Source of the DNA: Amphiscolops sp. MND2022
Lineage: Eukaryota
Direction: 5' to 3'
DNA length: 64,000 bases
NCBI GenBank assembly: GCA_964187785.1
Contig: OZ076409.1
Span: 26,910,001 to 26,974,000, forward strand
The translations under genes were made by a program, and so were the position numbers. This document shows positions 47,245 to 59,670 of the stretch, one piece after another (position 1 is the stretch's first letter; each line of letters begins with the position of its first letter). Under the pieces are notes generated by a model. That model was given only the letters and a program-made list of their open reading frames with translations. It did not search any database and was not told the origin of the DNA.

Positions 47245-49853
47245 TTAATTGAATTTCCTAGCAACGCATTGTGTACGATCTACTAGAATACAGGATACAT
47301 CAAGGCGGATATTGTTCCGGATTAGTTCGATTATGTCCGCTACTGCATGCAGTGTACTCATTTTTGATCTGAATCCGAATTGACGACAATAGAAAAGATT
47401 GTTTACCTGCGTGAATTTATACAATCTCTCGAAAACTACCATCTCAAAGACTTTGCTCGGAAGGGATAAAACTGATATATATCTATATTTCTCACTCTTG
47501 TTTTTTTTTCACAGATTTAAAGATAAGAACAACTTTCGCAGCTTCCAAAGTCTCCGGGAAAACACCACTTGATGAAGATTCGTCGACAAGGTAGGTCAGT
47601 TTATGACAAACCACAACAAGACTAGCCTTTAAAATTTCATCAGTTGGCCCATCTAGGACGACCGCTTCATGGTTCTTGAGGTTCCGAACAACTTTAGAGA
47701 TTTCTAGGGAATCAGTTGAATAGAAAAAAGAGACTTCTCATTAACGACTAATCCTTCAGTAGTTATTGGAACAGTAGGAATTGAAGCGAGTAAAGTTTTG
47801 ATTATCGAAACGAACTTCTCATAGAACACGTTTGATACGGCAAAATCATCTGTCTTCGAATTGTTTTCATTGTCTGCGGTTATGAACTTACTGTTCTTCT
47901 GCTGTCTACCAGTCATTGAAAAAGCGTTTTGAGGAACTCAAGAACCGGGTTAGTCGATCATCAAAGTTTTCTCCTTTCTTCGACTGCAGGAGTTCGCTGA
48001 CGTGATTTCTCATTTTTGTGTTTTTAGTCTTGTTGGACAGAGTGCGATATCGCTTGTATCTGTTAAACGCGAAGATTCGTCGGATTATGCGTATCTTTAC
48101 GTCTTTGTCAAACCAAGATAACATTTGATTTCGCAAGCTTAAGTGTTCTTGAAAGTGAAAACGTTGACGGCTGTTGTGAGTACATCATACAGACTTTCAG
48201 TAAACCTACAGACGTCCTGTTCTAAATTTGACAGTTACAGGCAATGCCTTAAGTAGTTAAAGTATTTCTCTTTACGATACCCATTTACGAAATGGCATTG
48301 TTGCCCTGGTTTGTTGAAAACGAACGATTTGAGATTTTGTTTTAACCATTTGGACATAAGTTGCATAATGATCTGTAATTTTTGGTTTCGATGACGTCAA
48401 ACTCAAGATTGATTGGGCAATCATTATGTACTATGTGATCAAGATGTGACTCTGAGGTAGGTGTAACGCGCGTAGTTTTTTTCATACCTTGTCAACACCC
48501 ATTCCATTTCAAAGAGATTAAACACTCATTACCAATCGCAGATATTGCCAGTAGATTGATATTCATGTCATCAACAAGAAAACAGTTGCTCATCTGACCA
48601 CAACCTTAAGAAAAACTTCGAAGTGCTCCAAGTGCTATTGTTCATTGACCGTAGGGGGATTGTATAAACAATATACAATAACTTTCACAATTTCTAGGTT
48701 GGTAAAATTACTTGCAATGTAATTCAAATCAATTCTAGTGTTAAATTCTATCATCCCAAAAGAGAGTGAGTCATTGACGTATTTTGCCACACCTCCATTT
48801 CTAGTTTTTCCTGGTTGAAATTTCAATGGTGCATAAGTATCTAAGACATAAAGGTCTTCAGCAGAAGATACAATTATCCTTGTTTCGGAGCAGCACACCA
48901 CGGATGGTTCATTGACTCCAAAAGATTCTCTCAATGGTTTCCAATTCCTCAATTGTTGTCGATTGTTCTCACAATAGGTGCTAATCCATTCGTTTTCAAC
49001 CTTATCAGAGGCAACAGTTTTGCAATTTGTTTCACGTTTACGCGGTATTTTCACCTTTCAGTGTATATGTGAGAGGGCCCCTAACAAAAATGTAAGCTCG
49101 TCTTGCAAACAGGATATATGAAATCTGGATCCCATTCATATAAATTGAACAGACTCTCAAAAGTAATTTAGGTTTCATCAGTTTTGTAAGTGACTACTTT
49201 CCCTTTTAACATGGCCACAGATTTGATATCGGCTCGGAATCTTGACGCTTTGGCTAATCGCGCCATCAACAAAGTGATGTCGTCGTTGATAAAGATCTTC
49301 TCTTCACAACCGTTCAGTGATTTTTTGTTCGTCATCAGCCCACTTTTTGTTTGTCTGCGTACAAGTTTCACAATGATAGAGCGTCCTTCGTCCACTTTCA
49401 AGTTTCTGCTAGGTACCCGGTGACAAACGCTGATGTGTGTTTTTGAAGTTTGGTGTCCCACTTTCATAGCAACCTAAACAAATTTTCAGTAGACATCCTC
49501 GTCGGCGGCTTCTTCTTTCACTCCATATACTCTAACATTATCTCGTCTTCCATACTGCTCGTTAGAATCAGCATTGAATAGGCTGGAAAGTTCACCAGTA
49601 AATGGAGATTGCTCGGGGTCTTCGGACTGCTTCCCACGAAGCTACAAACTATCAGAATTCGCACAGAAGCCACACAATAAAAGACGATTCATGAATCTTT
49701 TGGGTTTTTTTGGTTGCCAGGTGGGGCTCCAGGCTGCCCAGCCCTTTCCGTTCTGCTCGTTTCCTGTACAGTCAATCAGGTATGACGAGACCTCATCTTC
49801 ATCTTGACTGGATGATGCCATTCTAGTGGAAGGCATTATTCGTTGGAACTATT
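47245..49853 (-). mobile_element. Decayed CR1/L2-type LINE (ORF1, APE, start of RT), 3'-truncated
   Basis: ORF1 pieces NVRVYGV, ISVCHRV..RSIIVKL, IFINDDIT; APE pieces CSET, GGVAKYV, LYNPP, DMNINLL; RT piece RQFGFRSKMSTLHA. Confidence 0.82.
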
Positions 49854-50706
49854 TGTAACGGCTGCTTGATCCCTTCACTTGACCAAACTTTACGCCGCCC
49901 TGAATTCGGTGCTCGGCACTGCGGATCGTTACCGAACACTGCTTGCTTCTTAGATTAAAAGGACTGTATCGTGACTTAGTAGGATCCATTGATCCCGAAT
50001 TGCACTTCTTCTTTGTCTCTTAACACGTCCAACTCTCCACAAGTTGAGAGTAACTAACTCAGTCGCCCTAAGTCTTTGGCGAAAAGTCAAAAAGAGGTAA
50101 AGAAATGAATGGAAATGTGAAATGGTCCTCAGACCCAACTTGAATACAGCTTTCCAATCAATTTGTGCCTATCTAGTTATGGTATTCATATCGTTTACAA
50201 TTATTCGATAAAGATGAGTTGAAATATGAAGTATAAATAAATGATGTTTAGGTGAATTATTAGAGTTTTTGGCTATGTAAACAAAGCATAGTGTGGGTAT
50301 AGCATGTTGGTTAGGTGGGCTCTAAAGCATGTTTACACAATGTAAATATCATCAATTGCAACAGAGTTACATTCTAATGCGGTCATATAGGTAAATACAA
50401 AGTTTACATTTTTGGTTCACTGACCTTGAACACCACACATGTGGAGGGTAAAGGGGGTTATAGTGGATGAATGACCTTGAAATTTCGCCGGTGTGTTTGT
50501 GTTAGGTACTTGCGTATGTGTGCAAAGCTTCATGTCTCTAGTGTTAATAGTCGTCGAGAAAACTCCGACTGGGGGGGGTTCGCCGACTTTTTCCCCCTCG
50601 ACTTTTCATCAAAATTTCTTCTAAGTTTCTATGAGTTTAATTTCTTGTTTCTCAACCAACATGTTTAAAATCAACTTTCTTTGCCTGCAGATGACTGGCG
50701 CCAACA
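49854..50706 (-). repeat. BEL/Pao 3' LTR (853 bp)
   Basis: Direct repeat of 57452-58180 with about 125 extra bp at about 50482-50608. Confidence 0.92.
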
Positions 50707-53700
50707 TTGCCGGCCCTGTTTTTCTCCCGAAAAACACTTTCATAGAACAGAGGTGCCAGTTTCACTACTGGTCTTTAGAGTTTGCCATCTTTTGTCACAA
50801 CTGTCGCAGCTCTGACTCTGCCATCGCTTCCTTCTTGCACCTCCAATACTCTCGCCATCTTGTAGTTGGACCGCTTCACATTTTCATCCACGACCCAAAC
50901 CAAATCGTTGACTTTCAGCAGTCTCACGTCATCTTTGTTCCATTTATTACGCACATTACTTTCCGGCAGATATTCTTTAGTCCATCTGGTCCAGATCATA
51001 TCTGAATAAGCTTGCGACACTCGAAATATTCGCCTCAAAGCTGTGTAACGTTGAGCGTCTGGTAGGAACGGTGTGGCTAAATTAGCTCTTTCCATTAAGA
51101 AATGATTTGGTGTCAAAGCTTCCAAGTCATCTGGATCATCACTAACACTTGTCAGTGGTCTAGCATTCAACGTCTGCTCTACTAGGCACATAGTTGTTAT
51201 GAGACCGTCGTCTGTCAAGGATCGTCCATCCAATACCGCTATCATCGCTTTTTTACAACTTCGTACCAATCGTTCCCAGATTCCTCCAAAATGAGGGGCT
51301 TCAGGGGGGTTGAATTTCCGCTTGATGTCTTTTTGAGCTAGCGACGTCTCAATGTCTGACTGATTCCATGCATTTATACAATCTCTCATTTCTTTAGCTG
51401 CACCCACGAAGTTCGTCCCATTATCGCTCAGAATTGTAGCAGGTTTGCTTCTCCGGGCAATAAAACGTGTGATAGCAGTTAAGCAGGTTTCTGCTTCCAA
51501 AGATGGAACAACTTCAATGTGTACAGCTCTAGTCGTCAAACATGTAAAGAGGCAACACCATCTCTATATGTTCTTACGCATAAACTTCACTTCAAAGGGA
51601 CCAAAATAGTCAACTCCAGTGTTGGTAAAGGGGAATACTCGTTCCTGCAATCTCTCTTGTGGTAAATCAGCCATAAATGGTTGAGACACTCCAGCTCGTT
51701 GCTTTCTAAAATTAAACACATTTCGCTTTGACGTTCCTCAAAGCGTTTCGCAATCCAATAATCCAGTATTCTTGCCTCAGAACTTTCTGACGTATTCTGT
51801 ACCTTCATGAACATTCGCTCGATGAGCATCTTCAATCAACTCGATGACTACATAGTGCTTTGCTGACAACAAGATCGAGTTTGACCTCATAACTTGATCT
51901 TGAATGCTGCAGTCGGCCATCTAGTCGCAGCAATCCATTTTCAACCAGAAACGGCGATACTTTATTCAGTTGATGTGATGCCGGCAACGGCTGCCCTTTA
52001 AAGATCTTCTCGTAGGCATCATGAAATTTTTCTTTCTGACAACGTTTCAAAATTGCCAGCTTTGCCGCATTGAGTTCTTCAACTGTCAGAATTTCTCCAG
52101 AATTCCTGTTCTTCCATCTTAGGCAGTATGAGAGCACTCGAATCATTTTCTTGAAAGACCCAAATCTTTCCCATTCGAATGAGGGTTCCATTACAGCAGC
52201 ATCCATGACTGGTTCTTGCTCTTCTTGAATGCTGAATCGCAATTTTTCAGGCGCCTTAGGCCAAGCGTCCTCTGTCTCGGTAAGCCACGCCCGCCCTGTG
52301 AGCCACTCACTTTCTTTTAGGGCTTCTACTATCATTCCTCGAGTTCCAATGTCAGCAGGATTCAGTTTTCTTTCAACGTGTCGCCATTGGTCTATAATTG
52401 AATTTTCGAGGATCTCTGCGACTCTGTTCGCTACAAAGACCGGTTGCTTGTTGTTGCTTGCCTGAAGCCATTGTAGGATCGTTGTTGAATCTGTCCAGTG
52501 TACGATTCGGTCTACTTCAATATCGTGTTCTTCCAAAAAGAGTTCACGCAGTCTCACTCCAAAGACTGCTGCCTGCATCTCCAACTTAGCCACTGTCATG
52601 TTCCTAATTGGAGCTACTCTACATTTTCCGATGACAAAGGTCACTTCGCCATTGTCTTGTTTTCTCAAATAAGCAACCATACACATTGCTTCCAACGAAG
52701 CGTCAGAGAAGATATGTAGATCAACTTTGTTCACTCCAGACTCGAAGTATGTTCTTTTAAGGACCATTTGATTCACATGAATCATCTCCGATGCCCAATT
52801 TTTTGAATTCATGTCGATTTTCTTCATTCAATTCTTTATCCCACGACTGTCCGTTCTCCTTCCATATTGATTTCAGTAGCAGTCGCATTCTTATGGTGAA
52901 AGGAGACACTATTCCCAGAGGGTCGAATACAGCTGAAACATGGGATAACACCGCTCTTTGCGTTATCTTCACCGGTATCTCCTTCTGCATGCCTCTGCAG
53001 ACTTCCAGATTGTCTGCGTCAACGTTCCATTGCAGTCCCAAGATTGATGGAGAAGTCGGTTCAGCTTCGAAGGTTTTACTAGAGGACGGTGACTTGTCTG
53101 CTTGGTCGATAGACTTCATAGTCTGTTCGCAGTTGCTAATCCATTTTGTTAAGTGAAAGCATCCCTTTACTAACATCGCTCTCAACATATTGTAGATTCC
53201 AATAGCTTGCTCAGCGCTGGGAACAGACTTAACAAAGTCATCCATATAGATGTTTTGCATTATCAGTTTAGTAATTTGTGGGGACTCCTGTGCATTATCT
53301 CTTGCAACTTGTTGCAGAGCATAATTGGCGCAAGTTGGCAAACTTTTGGCTCCAAAAATATGTCTTCCATACTCATACACTTTACCGGGTTCATTTTGAT
53401 TGTCTCTCCATAGAAATCGCAACACTTTACAATCTTCCGGCGGTACTTTCACTTGTAGGAACATCGCCTCAATGTCAGCAGTGATGGCAATCTTTTGTTC
53501 TCTAAACCTGAAAATTGTTCCAATCAGATTCTGTAGTAGCTCCGGCCCCGTCAAGAGGTTATTGTTCAAGGAAACTCCACGGAATTTGGAAGCTGCGTTG
53601 CACATTCGCTTCACTTTTCCCAGTTTGTTTGGATTTTCTACTGGGTGATGTGGAACATACCATTGTCTTTCCAATTTTGTAGCTTCTAATTCTTCCTGCT

Positions 53701-56700
53701 TTAGGATTCTGACGAATTCCTTCTCAACATCTACTTTAATAGTGTCTTGATAGAGTTTCTTCAACTCCGGTTTCTTTTCGAGTGTATACTCTAACGACTT
53801 CATTTGGCTCAATGCCGAAGAAAAATTGTTTGGCAAGAAGGGGTCATTTCTTTTCCAGAGGAGTCCAACTTCGTATCTTTCACCATCAAACTTCGTGGTT
53901 TGTTCTAGCATCTGCAACGCTTTCTCGTCGTCCTTGGACCTTCCCGATACATCACAGCGGGATGCGTAGGATTCAATGTCCTACCAAGTTTTAATCTGTT
54001 CTGCCAGCACATCACCTTCGGAAGCTGTAACGCAAGATGCAGTCATCTGCACAGCCTTTTGTTGTGGAAGTGGTCCACAGAGAGTCCATCAAAGTTTCGT
54101 TTTCACTGCACAAGGCTCACCATTCGTGCAGCTTTTATGTTCTACAGGCCGATGTATATGATAGCAGTTTTGTCCCAAAATCATTTTTACATCTTTGAGT
54201 TTCAATGTTTCTTCGCTTAGAACCGACAAATGGGGATAGGCAAGTTTGAGCTCCTGATAGTTGTAGATCTTTGTTCCGGCGTCTATGTTTGGATGAGTGT
54301 AAACTGTCATGTGGTGTGTGTCGCTCATTGCCTTGCCACGAATTCCCATAGTGAATCGTTCACATTTCACATCATTTGTCCCATGTATTCCAGCCACACT
54401 CAGGTCAATTTCTTCCCTGTGAGCATTTAACTTGTCAGCTTAACTTCTTGTCTATGAACGATAGGCTCGCTCCAGAGTCACACAACGCCACGGTCGATTC
54501 TTGTTTTTTTTTTCAAATTGGATGATGATAGGTATAACGGGTAGAATTCCACTGCTCTTTATTGGGCAAAATGCAGAGTTCGCCTCCGCCTTCTGTTGTG
54601 GGTCTTCCGGTCCGCTTCCTTTCTGCCGATCATGTGTCTCGCGGTGTAGCAGTCGATGGTGCCGTCTGTTACAACCTTTGACTCCACAAGCTTTGTACGT
54701 GCAGTCTTTCACTACATGTTTCCCAGCCAAACAAAAAAAGCAGAGTTTCATCTTTTTGACTTTCTCGTATCGCGCTTGACATGTCATCTTCAGAAACTTC
54801 TCGCATTTCCACAAAAGATGTTTACCATCTCTCGAAAGACAATCTTGACCAGTCTTCTTGTCGGAATTGTCGTCAGCGAAAGTTGAGAAAGTAGAGTTCT
54901 TTGGTTTGTCTTTACTTGTCCATTTCGATTTGTCGGCGTTGGGATTGCCTGTCATGAGAACATCTTTCTGCACCGCTGCTACCTCTTGCAACTATAAGCT
55001 GAATGCTTCCAGCCCCATGAAGTAATTAGCATTTTGTCTCGCGTGCGCCAACCATTTCGTCTTCATGTTCATTGGCAATTTTCTGGTCGCACTACTCAGG
55101 ACGCTTTCTGACTGCAAGTCGCCAACATAGTTCATCTGCGACAGAACTTGTACACAACTTGAAACTATTCTCGAGTATTTGACCAATGCTACGGAGTCGT
55201 ACGCCTTCACTGGCGGAAAGGTGTATATTCGTCTCAATTGTGCGTTAACCACCACTTGTAGTCTTCCAAAGTGCGCGACCAAGGTATTCCAAGCAATATC
55301 ATACATGTCTCCGGTGTTGCCTAGTCCAGCTATCACTTCTTTCGCTTTCCCAGTGACCAGCGTTTTGAGATGATTCATCTTCAAGCTGGCGTCAATGTTT
55401 GCAGCGTGCACGGTCGAGAGGAACAACCCGGACCACTCAGGCCATTCCAATGGGTCGCCTGAGAAATCTGCTAGCTTCAGCTTCGGCAAACTGGCTTGTA
55501 GGCTCACTGCTCCATTTCTTGTTGTCGCGAACTGACTCTGTATGGGGGCAGAGTATTCAGCTGAGGGTGCTACTGGTGGTGGCAAGGTGCCACTTCTCGT
55601 TTGGTTACTTAATATTGGTTGGTTTGGAGATTCGAAGTTCCCAAACTGCACATGCTGTTGAAATGTCTCATTCAGTTGCATCTTCGCTGATGCAGCGTTC
55701 GGCATGAATTGACTGGCCGACGTGCCATCCTTTACCATGGTCGGCTGCGTTGTTTTAGCAGCCAGGTGGGACATTTGCGTTGTGTGTAGCAAAGGGTCAG
55801 GTTGTGGTTTGATAGGTTTGTTGGCCAGTGCGATTTTGGATACCTCTTCTCCAAACTTCGTTGTTCTTTCGTCACATCCATTTTCATCAAGCCAAGAAGG
55901 AACATTTTCAAACGGATCGCTCTGGATGGGTATTGGCGAGATGCTTTGCAAACTTGTGCTTGCTCTGCTTCCATCCGCCCGAGCGATTTGCATTTCCTTC
56001 TCTGCGATTCGTTTAGCCCTTGCCTTCCACTCTTGGAGTTTAGCAATTTCGAGTTCTTCTGTGAGTTTATCCATTTCCTCGTGTTTCTTTCGGATCTCGG
56101 CTTGGCGTTTCTTTGCAGCTAGTTGTTCATCAATTTATTCTTGTTTCTTCATTGCTTCCAGTTCTAGGAGCATCACTCGCTTTGTGGTAGTTGACTTTGA
56201 ACTAACTGATGTTCTGTTGCCCTTTGAATGGGCCTTGCTTGCACACTGATGTCTTTCTTCAGGTAGCGAATTCACCTCAGTAACACAACGATTCTCAAAC
56301 GAATAGGGTCTATCGGTACCTTGTGCCAGCTCTTCATTCGCATTTTTCTGAGTAGATGTGTCGCGGGACTTTAGTTGTTGCTCTTGACAATTCACCCTGG
56401 CACGGGCCATGATTCCCTCCATACGATGCAGCTCACTGTAGATTGAAGTATCTCTACTGTGTTTCAACAACTCATCCATCTCGGCCACAATTTCATATCT
56501 CCTTTTGAGGGTTTTTTCGTTTGTTTCTACCAATGCTTTGTAATCCTCTGTGTTGCAAAGAGTGTCCCGATTTTTATTGATTTCATTTCCGTTTTTTTTG
56601 AAGCATTTCATCACATTTCTCTTTGGAGTTTTGAAGTTGTAGGAACTCCTTCAACTGTCCTTCTTTCTTTAGGCTCCTCATCTTTGTGAGCATCTGACTA

Positions 56701-57049
56701 ATGTTTTTATGTTGTGTTTCCAAGGAACCCAATTCATTCCGATATCTGCAGAATCGGTCGCCTTTATTATCCGCCCATTCTGGCTGATACTTGACTTTCA
56801 AGAGTGCTGTGTTCGCCCCCGACGAGTCTCTTCCATCTAGGCAGTAGTTCTTGTCGGTTCGGTAGAAGGTCTGCGAGTTTTTCCTTCGTTACGTCTGCTT
56901 TGCGCAGCTCAGCATGTATTTCATCCACTTTTGCCTCAAAGTTTTGAGTTGCTCTCATGTTGCTCTTCCATTGTGGCTTGTCGATAGATCTCTTCAAATA
57001 GTTGTCAATTCTTTTGTAATCAATTCTCTTAGGTTCAACCATTTTGAAC

Positions 57050-57250
57050 TAGCCCAAAACCCCAGAGTACACTAACTAACCACAGGAGTCCAAATTCTGC
57101 TGTGAATACAATTCCCAACAAGCCGATGAAGTAGCCCAAAACCCCAGAGTACACCTTATACCCAAGAGCTCCAGTAATACCACTGCGAATAAAATCTCCC
57201 AGAGACTGCAGAAGTAGCCCAATCCCCAGAGTACACAATACACCCAGGAT
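57050..57250. repeat. Degenerate 82-bp tandem repeat in the BEL leader
   Basis: CCCAGAGTACAC at 57061, 57143 and 57225, each preceded by TAGCCCAA. Confidence 0.7.
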
Positions 57251-57451
57251 AGCCCGGCTGAGACCACTTTGCTGCACACACAGTTTTGTATAGATCACCA
57301 CCAGTCGTCGTTCACTGTACAGTCGTTCGCACAGTGCTGTTCTGGCTGTGTAGCAATCAGATGATCATCCAGTTGTCCACCCAATTGATCATGTGCGCCC
57401 CAAAACTGATGATAACCGCCCAATTGATTATGTCCGGGTCGGCGGACCAAA

Positions 57452-58180
57452 TGTAACGGCTGCTTGATCCCTTCACTTGACCAAACTTTACGCCGCCCTG
57501 AATTCGGTGCTCGGCACTGCGGATCGTTGCCGAACACTGCTTGCTTCTTAGATTAAAAGGACTGTATCGTGACTTAGTAGGATCCATTGATCCGAATTGC
57601 ACTTCTTCCTTGTCTCTTAACACGTCCAACTCTCCACAAGTTGAGAGTAACTAACTTAATCGCCCTAAGTCTTTGGCGAAAAGTCAAAAAGAGGTGAAGA
57701 AATGAATGGAGAATTGAAATGGTCCTCAGACCCAACTTGAATACAGCTTTCCAATCAATTTGTGCCTATCTAGTTATGGTATTTATATCGTTTACAATTA
57801 TTCGATAAAGATGAGTTGAAATATGAAGTATAAATGAATGATAAAGAGGTGAATTATTATAGTTATTGGCTATGTAAACAAACCATAGTGTGGGTATAGC
57901 ATGTTGGTTAGATGGGCTCTAAAGCATGTTTACACAATGTAAATATCATCAATTGCAACAGAGTTACATTCTAATGCGGTCATATAGGTAAATAACAAAG
58001 TTTAAATTTTTGGTTCAATGACATTGAACACCACACATGTGGAGGGTAAAGGGGGTTATAGTGGATGAATGACCTTGAACCTTCAAAATTTCTTCTAAGT
58101 TTCTATGAGTTTAAGTTCTTGTTTCTCACCCAACATGTTCCAAATCAACTTTCTTTGCCTGCAGATGACTGGCGCCAACA
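57452..58180 (-). repeat. BEL/Pao 5' LTR (729 bp)
   Basis: Followed on the minus strand by TT and the PBS. Confidence 0.92.
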
Positions 58181-58444
58181 CTATTTATTATGCTTATCAC
58201 AACAATTGTCCAAATTGAGATGTTTTTAATGTACGAAATAGTCCAAAACCGAACTTTGTAATTAACAGCAATCACGGTAAAGATCAATCATCAACTAGGT
58301 CCCTAGGCATCCAAAACCAAGAAAATTTGTAATCTAATCGTCTGTAAAGGAATAAGGCAGTACTCCCTGTCAATTACAACACTAGTTTTCAATCACGAAA
58401 AGTAAAACGTAACTGAAACATCGCGAAAATTTTTAATAAAAGAC

Positions 58445-59500
58445 ATGCTAAAAGAGTCTATTCCAGTAATTGTCAAGAAGGCTGCGGAGGAATCGAAGCC
58501 AGCGAAATCCATTGATAGTATCCATTCTCAACCTGATGCTACCACAATGAGAAGTTCTAGCGACAAACAAAATAACTGTGACTCCGAACTAAAGGTTTCG
58601 AGCATTCTTGAAAGAAAAGGAGAATTTACATCCAATACTGAAATCGATATTAGTCAAAGAAACTCCGTTTTGAATCGTTTAAATGTGAAAGTCGAAATCA
58701 AGGATTTTCAACTGACGAAGGTTCGAAATTTGCAGCTTCTCCATGGACCCAATTAAAACAAATCAACTGACTACACACCACTATCCTATTTTTGCTGTTT
58801 ATTGCATAATGACTAGTATCTGCACAACAACGTCGTAAGCTGGATCTGTACCTTTATCAAATTCAACCTTTCCTACTATTCGTATTCGAACCCTGGCTTT
58901 ACAACAATATCGAAAACCATGAGTTGTTTCCACATTCGAAGTATAGACTAATTGATAGATATGATAGAAACTCTGGTGAACACGTGGTATATTGTTTGCC
59001 AATGATGAAAACTCCCGCGTAAAGGTGATCCACGAAGTTCACTATGACGATTTCAGCTGTGCTTGCCCACTTCAACATGGATACAAATACGCCGCTTTTC
59101 TTCTCTTTTTTTACAGGTTCGATTTTTTCAAATTATGACATTTGCTACTTTACCGATTGGAGTGATACAAACAAACTGAGTATCAGCCTTCCGAAGTGTC
59201 AGTACTTTGTTCAGACTTTGTTCCCAACCAACACAACTGTCTTGGGTACCAAAATTGAATAATCTTCACCAATTAAAGAAATTTGTCTACATGCTTCCGA
59301 AACCTGGGACAAACACTCGAAGAAACAATTGGACACATGTTACCGAAATTTCCCTTTCATGAAACGTACAGTTCCCTTCTTAGACAACAACAAGGGTACG
59401 AAGTTTTTATTCAAATCCTGCACTGTTGAATTAATTTTGAGTTGTTCTCACTGTTGTTCAACTTCAATCACTTCACTGCAGAAATTGTTCAGAATGCATC
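58445..59500 (+). mobile_element. Highly decayed LINE remnant (ORF1-like and RT-like pieces)
   Basis: ORF1-like LKVSSILE...LNRLNVKVEIKD and RT-like ICYFTD..NKLSISLPKCQ. Fragmentary. Confidence 0.4.
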
Positions 59501-59523
59501 CCATGTGTCTTAGTTGGGTGCCA

Positions 59524-59670
59524 GGTCTTCGTAGAGGAGGCAATAACGTCTGAGGAATAACGTCTAAAAATCAACTGAGAATAACGTCTAAAGGAACAAC
59601 ATTTGAACTGGAAAGAAGAGGAATAACGTCTAAAATTTCGGGAATAACGTCCAAAAAGTGGAATAAGGTC
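59524..59670. mobile_element. Left arm of a MITE with GAATAACGTC repeats, interrupted by a Gypsy LTR
   Basis: Six or seven (G)AATAACGTC(T) motifs. Starts GGTCTTCG, like the 46195 MITE, and ends abruptly at TGT 59671. Confidence 0.6.

Larger units (their letters stand above)
49854..58180 (-). mobile_element. Full-length, defective BEL/Pao LTR retrotransposon
   Basis: TG...CA LTRs at 57452-58180 and 49854-50706. 5-bp TSD CTATT at 49849-49853 and 58181-58185. PBS TGGTCCGCCGACCCGG (tRNA-Tyr-like). PPT AGGGCCGGCAA. Gag FSGDPLEWPEW and three Cys/His knuckles, RT ADIEAMFLQV / YMDD, RNase H LHIFSDAS, integrase SDNGTNFVGA. Several frameshifts. Confidence 0.95.

Noticed and set aside
57035..57301. Hydrophobic Gly-rich 88-aa ORF just upstream of BEL gag, resembling a small transmembrane or fusogen uORF
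   Set aside because: There is no ATG in frame, and the underlying 82-bp repeat is read in different frames, so the hydrophobicity is probably a by-product of G/T-rich leader repeats. Worth rechecking only if intact copies have an ATG.
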